A stretch of DNA of 64,000 nucleotides, taken from NCBI GenBank assembly GCA_963817895.1, contig CAWFQB010000006.1:1-64000 (forward strand), written 5' to 3'. Source of the DNA: an uncultured Chthonomonadaceae bacterium. Lineage in GTDB: Bacteria > Armatimonadota > Chthonomonadetes > Chthonomonadales > Chthonomonadaceae. Each line of letters starts with the position of its first letter. The stretch's first letter is position 1. Positions 1 through 11,104 of this stretch are shown here, in pieces. The notes below the pieces were generated by a model. That model had not been told where the DNA came from. It searched no databases and saw only the letters and a program-made list of their open reading frames with translations. The position numbers were made by a program, and so were the translations under genes.

Positions 1-744
<744 letters not shown>

Positions 745-773
745 TAAAAATCCAACCCTGCGCCATTCATTCG

Positions 774-1133
774 CTATCGGGGCGTCAGCAAAAAGATTTG
801 GCTTGTCTCTTTGTATGTGCCGAAGCCCACGATTTGACCTTTGCTGTTGATGCTCGCCGCGAAGGATAAGTCCCATCCTGTTTTGGCGGCGATCAGCGTG
901 TTCAAGTCCGTCATCACGCCATTCTGCCACAGAAAAGCGTGAGTGATATAACTGCGCCTTGTGCCGGGAGGATCGGCTTTGGTAATCGCGTAAGCGTCTT
1001 TGTGGGGCAAATCCGGTAGAACCGGCATTATGGGTGAGGGCGTACCGCCGCCTCCTCCGCACCCGGACAGCGCCAGCAGGCAAAGAGTCGTCAGCACAAA
1101 AGTGTTACTCAATCTGGCCTGTAAATGGAACAT
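774..1133 (-). CDS. short lipoprotein with one HAF-type extracellular repeat, probably internally truncated
   Basis: lipobox LSGC; HAFLWQNGVMTDL and ASINSKGQIVGFG...FLLTP match the C-terminal end of HAF-repeat proteins. Confidence 0.6.
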   Translation of the reverse strand: MFHLQARLSNTFVLTTLCLLALSGCGGGGGTPSPIMPVLPDLPHKDAYAITKADPPGTRRSYITHAFLWQNGVMTDLNTLIAAKTGWDLSFAASINSKGQIVGFGTYKETSQIFLLTPR

Positions 1134-1222
1134 GGTTCATCCTCTGAAAAGATGCGGTTGCAGCAAAAGATTTCGATAAACGGCAGCGCAGGCAATGTCC
1201 CTGCGCGTCGGGGTACGAGGAA

Positions 1223-1663
1223 TCAGCGGATGCCCGTATCGTAGGCAAGGTTGGCCGTCACGAACTGATTGGTGGAAACCGTCGCGGTTTGCGGTGTGGG
1301 AGGGGCGGGAAAGATATGGCTCTTGTCAACAGGTAAGCCCTGAACCTGGTATGTACCCGGGATCAGCGTTATCTTGTAGTTGCCCTGGCTGTCAGTCGTT
1401 TGCCGCGCCACTTCCGCCCCGCCAGGCGTCAGGATAACAATTACCACATTGGGAAGCGGAGCCTCATTGGTTTGTCCCTGCTGAGTTACAGGCGTCAGAG
1501 GACCGCGCGTTGCCTGTCCCTGAATGCCCGAAGCAGCCGAGGGGATACCAACGTGAGGAGTTGTGCCGCTGTCACCCCTGCCGCATCCTGTGAGCGCAGG
1601 CAGGCAGGTGAAAGCTAGCAGAGCCGTCGCGACAAACGCGCGCCGGGAAAGGAGAGCAGGCAT
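1223..1663 (-). CDS. lipoprotein with carboxypeptidase-regulatory-like (transthyretin-like) domain
   Basis: SRRAF then lipobox LTGC; TTDSQGNYKITLIPGTYQV motif. Confidence 0.65.
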   Translation of the reverse strand: MPALLSRRAFVATALLAFTCLPALTGCGRGDSGTTPHVGIPSAASGIQGQATRGPLTPVTQQGQTNEAPLPNVVIVILTPGGAEVARQTTDSQGNYKITLIPGTYQVQGLPVDKSHIFPAPPTPQTATVSTNQFVTANLAYDTGIR

Positions 1664-1925
1664 GATTGTTACCCTTTGCAAAGGTGAGAACAGGTGGCGA
1701 AGGGGGAAACAACACAGGTATGTTCATTGCCGCGCGCCGAACGAACATTTTCCTGGGAGGGGGGATTGGAAACGTTCGCGGCAAACAGGCGCGTTGGAAC
1801 AGCAGCACAAAATGCTATTCGCCCGTTACATGCTCAATTCCTGCTGGCCCGGAAAAATAAATGTTAAATTTTCAGGCTGATGTAACACCCGTTAAAGCGG
1901 ATACGGCGCAGCAGGCAACCGTTCA

Positions 1926-2378
1926 TCATTTGAGGTGAAGGCGGCGGTAATTGGTTGGCGCGAGCGCAAAGCCCATCTTCTCATACAGGACGTTTGCCGT
2001 TGCGCGTTCCGGGCGGCTGGACAGGTTAATGGTTTGAAACCCTTCTGATCTGGCAATGGCAATCGCCTTTTCCAACAGGGCGCGGCCAATGCCCCTGCCG
2101 CGCATGGTTTCCTCGGTCACAACGCCCTCAATCCATGCTGTCCAGCCGGAAGCGCGCGGAAACGCATGCAGCGTCAACATTCCTGCCGCTTCCCCCTCCA
2201 CTTCCGCAATCAGCAGCCATGTTTTCGGGAAGGCCACCATTTGCAGAAGCCAGTCTCGCGTAACAACTACGGGCGATCCCCGCAGTTGCGATACAAGGGA
2301 GGATATGTGCGCCGCGAACGCCTCGGTGATGTCTTCCGCTTGTACGATTCGCGTGTGAATAATCAGGGGTTCCCTCAT
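1926..2378 (-). CDS. GNAT family N-acetyltransferase
   Basis: motif A VVTEETMRGRGIGRALL; ANVLYEKMGF. Confidence 0.9.
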   Translation of the reverse strand: MREPLIIHTRIVQAEDITEAFAAHISSLVSQLRGSPVVVTRDWLLQMVAFPKTWLLIAEVEGEAAGMLTLHAFPRASGWTAWIEGVVTEETMRGRGIGRALLEKAIAIARSEGFQTINLSSRPERATANVLYEKMGFALAPTNYRRLHLK

Positions 2379-2415
2379 TCAAAAGGCCTTTCAGGGCGGA
2401 AGCGGACACTCTACT

Positions 2416-2844
2416 TTATTCAAGCCATTGGCGCGGGCCAATCACAGTGGGCAGCGGGTATTCGGCTCCTGCAAGAGCGTCTTGAATACGCCGCAGGGTA
2501 AAGTCGCTGATAGGACGCGGCAATGCGTCCGGCTGCCAGTAGCCACACTCCGATATTTCCGCGCCATCCGGCGTTGCCTCGGCTTCGTCCGTTGCCACAT
2601 TGCACCGAAACACAAAATGCAGGCCTCCCGCTGCCCTGTCAAAGTAATATCCGGTCATATATTGGGCCACAACCGATAAGCCTGTCTCTTCACGGACTTC
2701 ACGAATAGCGGTGTCTACAGGCGACTCGCCCTCCTCGGCTCTGCCGCCGGGTATCTCCCAATTGCATTTACCATAGGTATGCTTGACGAGTAGCACCTCT
2801 CCGGCACTGTTTAGAATGATTGCCGCAGCCCCCATTAACGCCAT
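2416..2844 (-). CDS. NUDIX hydrolase
   Basis: Nudix box GGRAEEGESPVDTAIREVREETG. Confidence 0.92.
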   Translation of the reverse strand: MALMGAAAIILNSAGEVLLVKHTYGKCNWEIPGGRAEEGESPVDTAIREVREETGLSVVAQYMTGYYFDRAAGGLHFVFRCNVATDEAEATPDGAEISECGYWQPDALPRPISDFTLRRIQDALAGAEYPLPTVIGPRQWLE

Positions 2845-2877
2845 GTTTGGCTCTATCTACTTTCTGCTTGATTATCG

Positions 2878-3348
2878 CTAATCCATGTGAAACATCGCTT
2901 TGATTTTGGCGGCAAGTTGCGCGCGCTCCTCCACAGGCATAAACTTGCGCTTGCCGCCGTACAGGCCATCGTTTTCGTAGCGCGGCGTGACGTGGATATG
3001 GTAATGCCACACATCTTGATTGCCTGCCGGTTCGTTGTGTTGCCGGGTTGAAATACCGTCGCAGGCAAACGCGGCCTTCTGCGCCACCGCGACTGCTCGA
3101 ACGACACGATGCACATTCACCGTGAGCGTTGCCGGAAAGTCATAGATGTTCTCGAAGTGCTGATTTGGTATCACCAGAACGTTTCCGGCATTATTGGGTA
3201 ACTGATGCGAACTGATGAAAGCGGTTACAACATCATCCCCGTAGATTACGTCGGATTGAACCGAAAGGACATGTTCGTTTTCAATGCCGCGCGCGAGCAG
3301 GCAGAAGGGACAGATGTAGTTGTCGGGGGCGTGGAAGCGCATAGGCAT
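2878..3348 (-). CDS. HIT family protein
   Basis: N-terminal CPFC; histidine triad QDVWHYHIHV. Confidence 0.9.
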   Translation of the reverse strand: MPMRFHAPDNYICPFCLLARGIENEHVLSVQSDVIYGDDVVTAFISSHQLPNNAGNVLVIPNQHFENIYDFPATLTVNVHRVVRAVAVAQKAAFACDGISTRQHNEPAGNQDVWHYHIHVTPRYENDGLYGGKRKFMPVEERAQLAAKIKAMFHMD

Positions 3349-3406
3349 TAAAGCGTTCGTTCCTCGTGAACAAAGTATTCCATTTCGGCTTCAATCCATT
3401 GGAAGT

Positions 3407-4132
3407 TTAAGCCAGTCCGCGAAACCTTGCGCTTGCCCACTTTTGCGCGAATTGTATCTGCATCAGATAGCGAATGTCGCTGGAGGTGTTAGGCGCTCCC
3501 CGGTGCCACGCCTGATGATTGGTGAAGTAGATGTTGCCCGCTTTACAAAGAACGGCTCTGGGGGGTTGTCCCTCGAAACAGGGATTCTCCTGATTGTCTG
3601 GGCGCCGCCCGGAATAGTGGCTGCCGGGAACGTATTGCGTGGGGCCGTGTTCCAGGTCGGGAATGTCACTGAGCGCGACCTGAACGGTGAACCAGAACAC
3701 AGGCATCTGCATCCGGGCGTCGAAGCGGGGAATGTCCGAGGGCAGGGGAAATTCCAGCGTATCGTCTACGTGCCAGAAACTGATGGCCTGTCCGGGTTCG
3801 TTGCGGATTATATTGAGCGCGTTGAACGCGGGATTGGGGCCGAGGACTGCCGTAACAAGGCTGTGTATCGGCTCCCGCGTTGTCATATCCGCAAGCATCG
3901 GGTCGAGTTCCGCCCCATAGCGCAGAACAAACGCGCCATTGACATACGAAACGTGCCGGGACGGAAGCGCGTCCCGACTGTCGAAATAATCGTCGGTTTT
4001 CGTTCGCAGCGCGTCCACTTCGGAAGGCATGAGTACGCCCGGAACCAGTACGCACCCCTCTCGAAAGAATTCTGCGGCGATCTCTCGACACCGCTCTGTA
4101 TCGAAACGCTCCCCTGTTTCTGTTATGCTCAT
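3407..4132 (-). CDS. phytanoyl-CoA dioxygenase (PhyH) family 2OG-Fe(II) oxygenase
   Basis: WHVD, GPTQYVPGSH, WHRGAPN. Confidence 0.85.
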   Translation of the reverse strand: MSITETGERFDTERCREIAAEFFREGCVLVPGVLMPSEVDALRTKTDDYFDSRDALPSRHVSYVNGAFVLRYGAELDPMLADMTTREPIHSLVTAVLGPNPAFNALNIIRNEPGQAISFWHVDDTLEFPLPSDIPRFDARMQMPVFWFTVQVALSDIPDLEHGPTQYVPGSHYSGRRPDNQENPCFEGQPPRAVLCKAGNIYFTNHQAWHRGAPNTSSDIRYLMQIQFAQKWASARFRGLA

Positions 4133-4198
4133 GGTCGCGCGGCCTCCCCGCCTGAATAGCCCTCAACTTCCGGCACTCCGTCAAGGTAGAATACAAGG

Positions 4199-4280
4199 GT
4201 AGGGGCGCTGCTTGCCGCGCCCTGCATTGCTCATTGCCGCGCCCTGCATTTGAGGAGGGTTCAGCAAGCAGAACCCCTAC
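4199..4280. repeat. GTAG-type REP-like inverted pair
   Basis: GTAGGGGCGCTGCTTGCCGCGCCC ... GGGTTCAGCAAGCAGAACCCCTAC, with an internal direct repeat TTGCCGCGCCCTGCATT. Confidence 0.65.
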
Positions 4281-4316
4281 AAGTTATCCCTGCGTTCTAC
4301 CATGACGGGATAGGTT

Positions 4317-4742
4317 CTAAACCAAAGTCGCCTTAAGATGGATTTGCGTACCCGCTAACGCCTTCGAGACAGGGCAATTGGCTTTGGCGGATTCGGCCTG
4401 TGTCTGGAATGTGGCGGCGTCTATTCCGGGTACGCTGGCCTCAGTTTCCAGTTCAATATCCGTGATGGCAAACCCTTCGCCAACCTTGTCCAGTTTCACG
4501 CGGGCAACCGTGTGGATGCGGGTTGGCGGCGTACCGGCCTGTGTCAGTTGGGCGGAAAGCGCCATGGAGAAGCAGCCCGCGTGCGCCGCGCCGATCAGTT
4601 CTTCGGGGTTCGTTCCCGCGCCATCGGCGGAACGCGACCGCCAATCATACGGCCCGGAAAACGCGCCGCTTCCCAGTTTGATCTGGCCCTTGCCTTCGGT
4701 AAGATTGCCCTGCCATTCGGCTTCCGCGTTGCGAGTCGGCAT
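4317..4742 (-). CDS. osmC: OsmC family peroxiredoxin
   Basis: GTNPEELIGAAHAGCFSMAL and AKANCPVSKAL with both catalytic Cys. Confidence 0.92.
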   Translation of the reverse strand: MPTRNAEAEWQGNLTEGKGQIKLGSGAFSGPYDWRSRSADGAGTNPEELIGAAHAGCFSMALSAQLTQAGTPPTRIHTVARVKLDKVGEGFAITDIELETEASVPGIDAATFQTQAESAKANCPVSKALAGTQIHLKATLV

Positions 4743-4790
4743 TTCGTGTCTCCTTGTTTGTGTACATACAGTTACATTGTTATGGATGCG

Positions 4791-5597
4791 CTAATTGCCG
4801 CGCGCCAGCGCGACGACGCAAACTCTGGCTGCCCCGGCATCGCGAATGACTCGCGCCACTTCGCGCACTGTAGAACCGGTTGTCAGCACATCATCTACTA
4901 CTAATACGCATTGCCCCGCGTAGCGTTGCGGCGGACGACAGGCAAAGGCTCCGCGCACGTTTTCTTCGCGTTGCGCCCCTTCCAGCCGCGCCTGTACCCG
5001 CGTTTTCCGTACCCGGACGATGCCGTTCGCGTCCAGTTTCCAGTTCCGTTCCTGCGCTACAACCCGCGCCAGCCGCTCCGACTGATTGAAGCCGCGCTGC
5101 CGCAGTTTCGACGGATGGAGGGGAACCGGCACAACCGCGTCGAACGCCAATTTCTCGCCCAATGTGGACGTGAGCAGGGGCGAGGGCGGCGAATCCAGCG
5201 AACGGGCAAGCGCAAGGCCGAGCGGATGGGCAAGGGCGGCTTTGCCCTCGTACTTGAAGCGCAAAATGGCGTCGCGCAACGGGCCGCCGAAGTGTCCCAT
5301 AGCCTGCGACCATTGATACGGCGCTCCCGGCCCGGTTTCACAACTGTTACAGACTGCTCGCCCCGCTTCCTCCGTCAGTCCGCCGCAACGGTCACAAAAC
5401 GGCGGCAGAAGGGGCGCGAAACTGCGAATACAGGATTCGCACAATGCGCCGGATTCCATCCGCTTGCCGCAGACCAGACAGCAGGGCGGATACACCAGAT
5501 CGAGCAGCCCATTCCATACCAGTTCTACCGTTTCCCGCAATGTCCGGCTCCCGCAAAAAGGTTCTATTGCCGGTACGTTTCTCTGTGGCGCTCTCAA
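4791..5597 (-). CDS. comF: ComF family protein (double zinc ribbon + phosphoribosyltransferase); start uncertain
   Basis: four CxxC pairs; VPVPLH, RGFNQ, VVDDVLTTGST. Confidence 0.85.
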   Translation of the reverse strand: MRAPQRNVPAIEPFCGSRTLRETVELVWNGLLDLVYPPCCLVCGKRMESGALCESCIRSFAPLLPPFCDRCGGLTEEAGRAVCNSCETGPGAPYQWSQAMGHFGGPLRDAILRFKYEGKAALAHPLGLALARSLDSPPSPLLTSTLGEKLAFDAVVPVPLHPSKLRQRGFNQSERLARVVAQERNWKLDANGIVRVRKTRVQARLEGAQREENVRGAFACRPPQRYAGQCVLVVDDVLTTGSTVREVARVIRDAGAARVCVVALARGN

Positions 5598-5611
5598 ACT
5601 CCTGCCGGCAT

Positions 5612-5728
5612 TTGTCTTGAACCCTGATTTTTCCTGATTTTTGTGATTACCATGATTGACGAGGCGCGTTCATCATGTTAATCATCGTATTAATCATTCT
5701 GCTCATGCGAAATCAGGGTTCAAGACAA
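5612..5728. repeat. long hairpin repeat family A, copy 1 (MITE/REP-like)
   Basis: terminal IR TTGTCTTGAACCCTGATTT / AAATCAGGGTTCAAGACAA; TGATT recurs every 8-10 nt; second copy at 19686-19786. Confidence 0.8.
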
Positions 5729-5845
5729 TCCCGCTGCATCGCGTGGAACTCTGCCCGGTTCTTCAAACGTCCTTTATCCAGCATAATTCAGTCGGGAATG
5801 ATGTATTGGTTTCTGAAAATCAGGAAAAGAGGAGCGGCAACAACC

Positions 5846-6889
5846 ATGCGGATCGGATTTGCGGTAAAAGTATTAGGGGAGGGCGGAATCAAAGAGTGCG
5901 ATATGCGGCGGCACAAGAATAATCCGCATCTCAAATGCAGCATCGAAATGATACATGACGTATTCGAGTACCTGAACCGCGTGGACATACGCATGTACCG
6001 CATGAGCAGCGATCTCGCGCCCTATCTCACGCACCCCGATATGCCGCAATTCCACAACCAACTGGAAGAATCGCAGGAGGAGTTGGCCGCGTTGGGGAAA
6101 AAAGCGCGGGAGTACGACCTGCGCCTGTCGCTGCATCCGTCGCAGTACATTGTTCTCAATGCGGCAGACGAGTCAATTGCAACGAAATCCATTGCCGACC
6201 TGAACGCGCAGGCGATGGTTTTGGAAATGATGGGGCTGGACGACAATGCGGTTGTGATTACGCATGTCGGCGGCGCGTATGGGGACAAGCCTTCGGGTAT
6301 CGAGCGGTTCGCCCGCCGCTACGAGCAGTTACCGGAAATCACGCGCAGGCGGCTGGTGGTGGAAAACGATGATGTGACGTATTCCGCGAAGGACGCTTTG
6401 CGCGTCCATGAACTGTGCGGCATCCGCATGGTGTTCGACAACCTGCACCATTTTTGCAACAATCCACTGCCCAACGCCGCGCCGGAAGAGCAAGAGGGTA
6501 CGGAAGCAAATTCAGGTGAAAATGCGGCGGGAGTGGGGGAAGCGGAACGGCAGGCAGGGGGCGGCGAACGCCTGTCCATGCGCGAAGCCCTGTCACGCGC
6601 CCTCGCAACATGGCCGGAAAACCAAATACCCAAAATTCACTACAGTACGCCGCGCACCGAGTTGCAGGAGCAGGCGCGTAAAAACGGCAAAACGGGCAAA
6701 ATGGAAAACTACCAGACCGCGCCCGAAAACCGCCTCCACGCCGATTACGTCAACCCGATGGAGTTCCTGTACTTTCTGGAAAAAGCGCAGGGTTTACGCC
6801 CCTTCGACATCATGGTGGAAGCCAAATCAAAAGATTTGGCCGTTTTGAAGTTGAAGAAGGATTTGGCAAAGTACGGTACGAGCATTTAG
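5846..6889 (+). CDS. uvsE: UV DNA damage repair endonuclease UvsE
   Basis: YRMSSDL, LSLHPSQYIVLN, VENDD, FDNLHH, HADY, DIMVEAKSKD; AGGAG RBS. Confidence 0.9.
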   Translation: MRIGFAVKVLGEGGIKECDMRRHKNNPHLKCSIEMIHDVFEYLNRVDIRMYRMSSDLAPYLTHPDMPQFHNQLEESQEELAALGKKAREYDLRLSLHPSQYIVLNAADESIATKSIADLNAQAMVLEMMGLDDNAVVITHVGGAYGDKPSGIERFARRYEQLPEITRRRLVVENDDVTYSAKDALRVHELCGIRMVFDNLHHFCNNPLPNAAPEEQEGTEANSGENAAGVGEAERQAGGGERLSMREALSRALATWPENQIPKIHYSTPRTELQEQARKNGKTGKMENYQTAPENRLHADYVNPMEFLYFLEKAQGLRPFDIMVEAKSKDLAVLKLKKDLAKYGTSI

Positions 6890-7102
6890 CATCAATCTGT
6901 AACGAGGGAGCGCGAACATGTCTCAACTTCCTTCAATCTGAGACTTTCGGCCCATGACAGAAAGGCATAAATATCTTATACTCTTGTTGAAAATATAAAA
7001 AAAGCAGGTATTACGTTACCGTTGACAGAAGTTAGCGCTGATGAGGTTGATCAAACGCTGACAAATGCGGCGACTTTATAGATTCGACGGAGGCAGACAG
7101 TC

Positions 7103-10100
7103 ATGAGTTCCCGACCATCCGAAGGCGCTCCATTTCCCGATGCTCGGCAGTGGAAACCGTGTTCCCACTGCGGCGCTCCGAATCCACCCCGGGCATCGGG
7201 CTGCGTACAATGCCGTCAGCCGTTTCCACATGCCCATGAAGCCGCCGCCGCAGAAATCGCGCACGTTGATTACCTGCTGCAACAACTGCCCGGCTGGCGA
7301 CAGCATGGTTTGCTGTCAGACAGCGCCCATACGCGCCTGCGCTCCGATTACCTTCATCTCCAGCAGCAGCTTGCCGATACCCTCTTTCCACAGCAGAGGA
7401 GCCAATCGAACGCGGCGCAGCCTGACGTTGTGGCTTCCGACACATTTGCTGCGGTGGATGGAGTTGCTCCCACCCCCCCGTTCGCCGCTCCGGACGCGCC
7501 GACGTTATGGGCGATGGACTTACCCGGCATCGCGCCCGGTTGGTCTGCCGCCCCTGCCGGGGCTTTGCCACAAACGTTACCCTTCGTTCCCTCCTCTGCT
7601 GCACAGCATCCGCCTGTCGGAAAGGGGCTGCGCCAATTCTTTCAGAAACACGCTTTGCAGGTTCTCTTCGCTCTGGCGACCGTTCTCGTTCTGGCGGCCC
7701 TGCGCGCGATGCTCGGCTGGACATGGATTGGCGATGTGGTGATGCGGCTGCTGCCCGTCGTTCCGCTCGGATTGACGGCGATGTTCTGGATGTTCGGGCA
7801 GAAAACGCGAGACGAAAACCCGTGGGCCGCCTTCGCGTATCATGGACTTGCCGCTGCCCTAAGCGCGTTCGACGTGATTGCCCTGAACAAATACTGGCTG
7901 CCCGCGCCACTGGCGGCCAAACCCGCTCTACTACTGGCCGCTCTCGTCGCCCTCGCCGTTTCGGGCGCGTTGTTCCGTCAGTGGCGCGAAGTCGCGTATT
8001 TGCACCTGTTCCAGGTTGCTGCCCTGACCACTGCTGTTCGCCCTCACGCAAATCCTGCGGTTCCATGCGTTGCCCGAAGACTTCCGGCTGACGCCCCTGT
8101 GGCTGTTCGGCGTGGCATTTCTCTCCTACGCGGCGCTCTGTCTGCTGATGGCGCGCTCGTATCCTGCCGACGTTGCCGCAACGGATACTCCCCCCATTCC
8201 TGCCTCGGCGGAACCGTCATGGCGGATGGCATGGACGTTCTGGGCGCATTTCAGCGTGATTGGAACCGTATTCCTGACAGCCATTCATCTTGCGCTGGAA
8301 CCTGCCGCCCCGAATGATTTTGCGTTGCTGTCTCTCCTGACCGGCTTGATCTATGTCAGCGGCGCGCAACTGCTTCAGGATGCCCGTATGGTTCGGGTTT
8401 CCACTGTATTTTTGATGGGAAGCGGCCTGCTCTGGCTTGACAGCCGCCACCCGGCACAATTGTGGGAGGGCGCCTGCGCGTTCCTGCTCACGTTTGGCGC
8501 CCTTGCCCTTCTCCTCGCCCGCTATAATCGGCAGCGGACGGACGGACACGGGGCAGGGGAGCAACTCGCAAAGGCGTATCTGGCAACAGGCAGGTGGAAC
8601 GTGTGGTTCGCCACTGTTTTGTCATGTCTCTATACGCTGTACGCATTTGGAGCTGTCGGCCAACAGCACTACCGCGACCATGGCCTTGTGGGAGGCGCGC
8701 TGATACTGGCGTGTGGCGGACTTTATTTTATTTTTGCGCGACAGGAGGAGAAACCCGCCCTTTTGTACGCGGCGTTTTTGACGTGGGCAGTGGGGCTTGG
8801 AAGCCTGCTGGTTGCTTTGTTCACGCCACACGGGTTGTATCCGCTCGTCCTGACGCTATACGGCGTTGGGCTTGCGCAGATTGCAGCCCGACTCTCGCGC
8901 GGGGCAGAGGGGACGCAGGCGACAGGAACAGATTGGAAGCCCCCTCTGCATAATAGCGGCATTGGGCTGACGACGGTGGGCGCGTTGCTTGCGATTGGGT
9001 TGCCGTTTAAGGATACGCTCACCACGTCCTGGCTTTGGACGACGGCGACCCTGACGCTTGCCCTTCTCCTTTACATCGGCCAGGCGCGTAAATCCGGGGC
9101 CGCCGGTTACGCATACGCGGCTCTGATTTGCGCGGCCGGTATCAGCGCCCTGCTGACGTGGCGCGTTTTGGTTCCGCAGTCGTTCCGCCTGGCCGACAGC
9201 CTGACCGTCTTCACATTTGTGGCTGCGGCGGCGTCCCTGATTCTGGCGCGGCGTGACCGCGCATCAAATACAGAAAAGACTCTGTGGCGCGAGTGCATCG
9301 CGCATGGGGCGCTTGTGACCGCATTGCTCTGCCTGGGGGACGGCGTATACGCTTTCTGCCTGGAGTCTGAAGCGCGGCGCTACGCCGTTTCCCTCCTGCC
9401 CTGCCTGGTTTCGAGTTTGCTGCTGTGCGGGACGCGCTATGTTGAAAAGCGGGACGCGAACAACGTCATACGACGCATCGCGCTGGGCTGCGCGGGCGTT
9501 GCCGCGGCAGTAGAGGTCGGGCTACTGTGCCATGTCTGGCAGGGGACGGACGGCGGATGGGAGCCGGCCTTTTTGCGGGCCTGGGGAACGGGGCTTGTCG
9601 CGTTTAGCTGGATGTGGAAGTTAGCCGCGCGACCGGCTCCCTGGTGGAAGGAACAGGAATGGTGGCCGCGTGAACTGATCTTCGCGGCGCTGACGACTGC
9701 GCTGCCAGGCCTGTTGCCGCTCACGATGGGAGCGGCAGAACCGCAAAGCGGGGGTGCGCTGCTGCTCTTCGAGACGGCTTTTGCCGCCACGTTCGCCCTG
9801 TTCGCGCTGGAAGCGGATCGAACGCGCAAGCCCGCTCTGGTAATATCTGGCGTACTGATCGTGGCGCTTGCCGCATTTGCAAATCGGGCGTTTGCGCCCA
9901 ATGGCGTCACGCTGACGCTTGCCGCGTATGGCATTGCATACGCGCTGTTGACATTCCGCTGCCGCGAAACGGCATTTGTGGCGGCCGCTTCCCTGACGCT
10001 TTCCGCCGCCTACACGCATCATCTGCTGTCGCTGACCACATGGTATACTCCCTCGTATATTCATTCGCCCACGCTGTTCTGGCCCAAATTCGCGTGTTAT

Positions 10101-10856
10101 ATGGCGCAGGCATCACTCCTGTGGCTGTGGCTCGGCTGGCAACTGCGCAGCCGGTTCAACCGCAGCGATCTGGCGCAGCCACTCCTCGCGTTGGCGGGCA
10201 GTCTGGCTATGGCAAGCGGAGTTATCGCCCTCCTGACCGTGCAAACGCCCGGCGAGGGGAAGTGGTCTATCCTGACGCTGGGATGGGCAGGCGCGGCCTG
10301 GTTCCTGCTGTGGATAATGGAACAGGGTGAGATTTGCCTGCATGTGGCGACATGGAATCTGATTATCGCGTGGAGCCTCATCCTGTATGATCGCCTGGGC
10401 GCAATCGGAGGCTTTCTGGATTTTTATCTGCTGCCGGTCGGCATTTACCTGCTGACTATCGGGTATTTGCACAGCCGACGTCAACAGCAACGGCAGGCGC
10501 GTTCGCTGTGGATAGCGGGTCTGTTGCTGCTGATTACGCCCGCCTTTCTCGCGTTCTGGAACCGCGACGGAGACATTCACGCGCTGCTGTTCCTCGGCGA
10601 GTGCCTGCTGTCGGCGTTGTGGGGTCTCTGGCAGCGTATCCGCGTCTTCGTTCTTATCGGAATGGGCTATATGGCTCTGTATGCCGCTTCCGTCATCATC
10701 GGGCATGTGCCGGATGTTTGGGGAACTATCGTGACTCTCGTTGTCGGCGTCACTTTGTTCATTATGGGCTTCTACATCCTCACGCATCGCGCCATGATGC
10801 AGCAGTGGGCTGCCGCGATTGAAAGGCAATGGCAAGGGTGGCAGGCGTGGCGGTGA
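7103..10856 (+). CDS. large polytopic membrane protein with N-terminal zinc ribbon (DUF2157-like architecture), split by a frameshift near 8030
   Basis: ORFs 7103..8317 and 8070..10856 join into continuous hydrophobic helices (..QVAALT / LFALTQILRFHALPE..); CSHC..CVQC at the N-terminus. Confidence 0.65.
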
Positions 10857-10899
10857 CAGAACGCGCAAAGGTCTACAGGCTACCTGTCAGTATACGTAG

Positions 10900-11096
10900 T
10901 TCGCCGACGGCAGAATCGAACAGGTGGAAATCTACAACGGCTATGTGAATTGGGATGGACAGCAGCGCTTTGTTGAGATTATGTCGGCAGAAACTCAACC
11001 TCTAATCAGCAAGGGGATGCTGTACGGTTACAAGCTCACTATAAGAAACTGGTAGACGGTGGTTTGGTAACAATAGAGCGTCTTGGAACTCCGTAA
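10900..11096 (+). pseudogene. C-terminal remnant of a clan AA aspartic protease (AF_0612-like)
   Basis: translates FADGRIEQVEIYNGYVNWDGQQRFVEIMSAETQPLISKGMLYGYKLTI then, after a frameshift, VDGGLVTIERL; no start and no DTG motif. Confidence 0.55.
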
Positions 11097-11104
11097 ACAA
11101 ACCA

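Noticed and set aside
1690..1890. Possible riboswitch or third copy of the SARP promoter motif
   Set aside because: Only TTTTCCTG and GGAAACGTT fragments, wrong spacing; no recognisable riboswitch core
5675..5845. N-terminal extensions given by the ORF track for uvsE, maeB, ispH, MFP and RND
   Set aside because: They run through repeat elements or upstream genes; downstream starts fit RBS position and family N-termini better
6918..7081. AT-rich stretch with RBS and ATG after uvsE
   Set aside because: Frame closes after 7 codons; probably a gene remnant, but not identifiable
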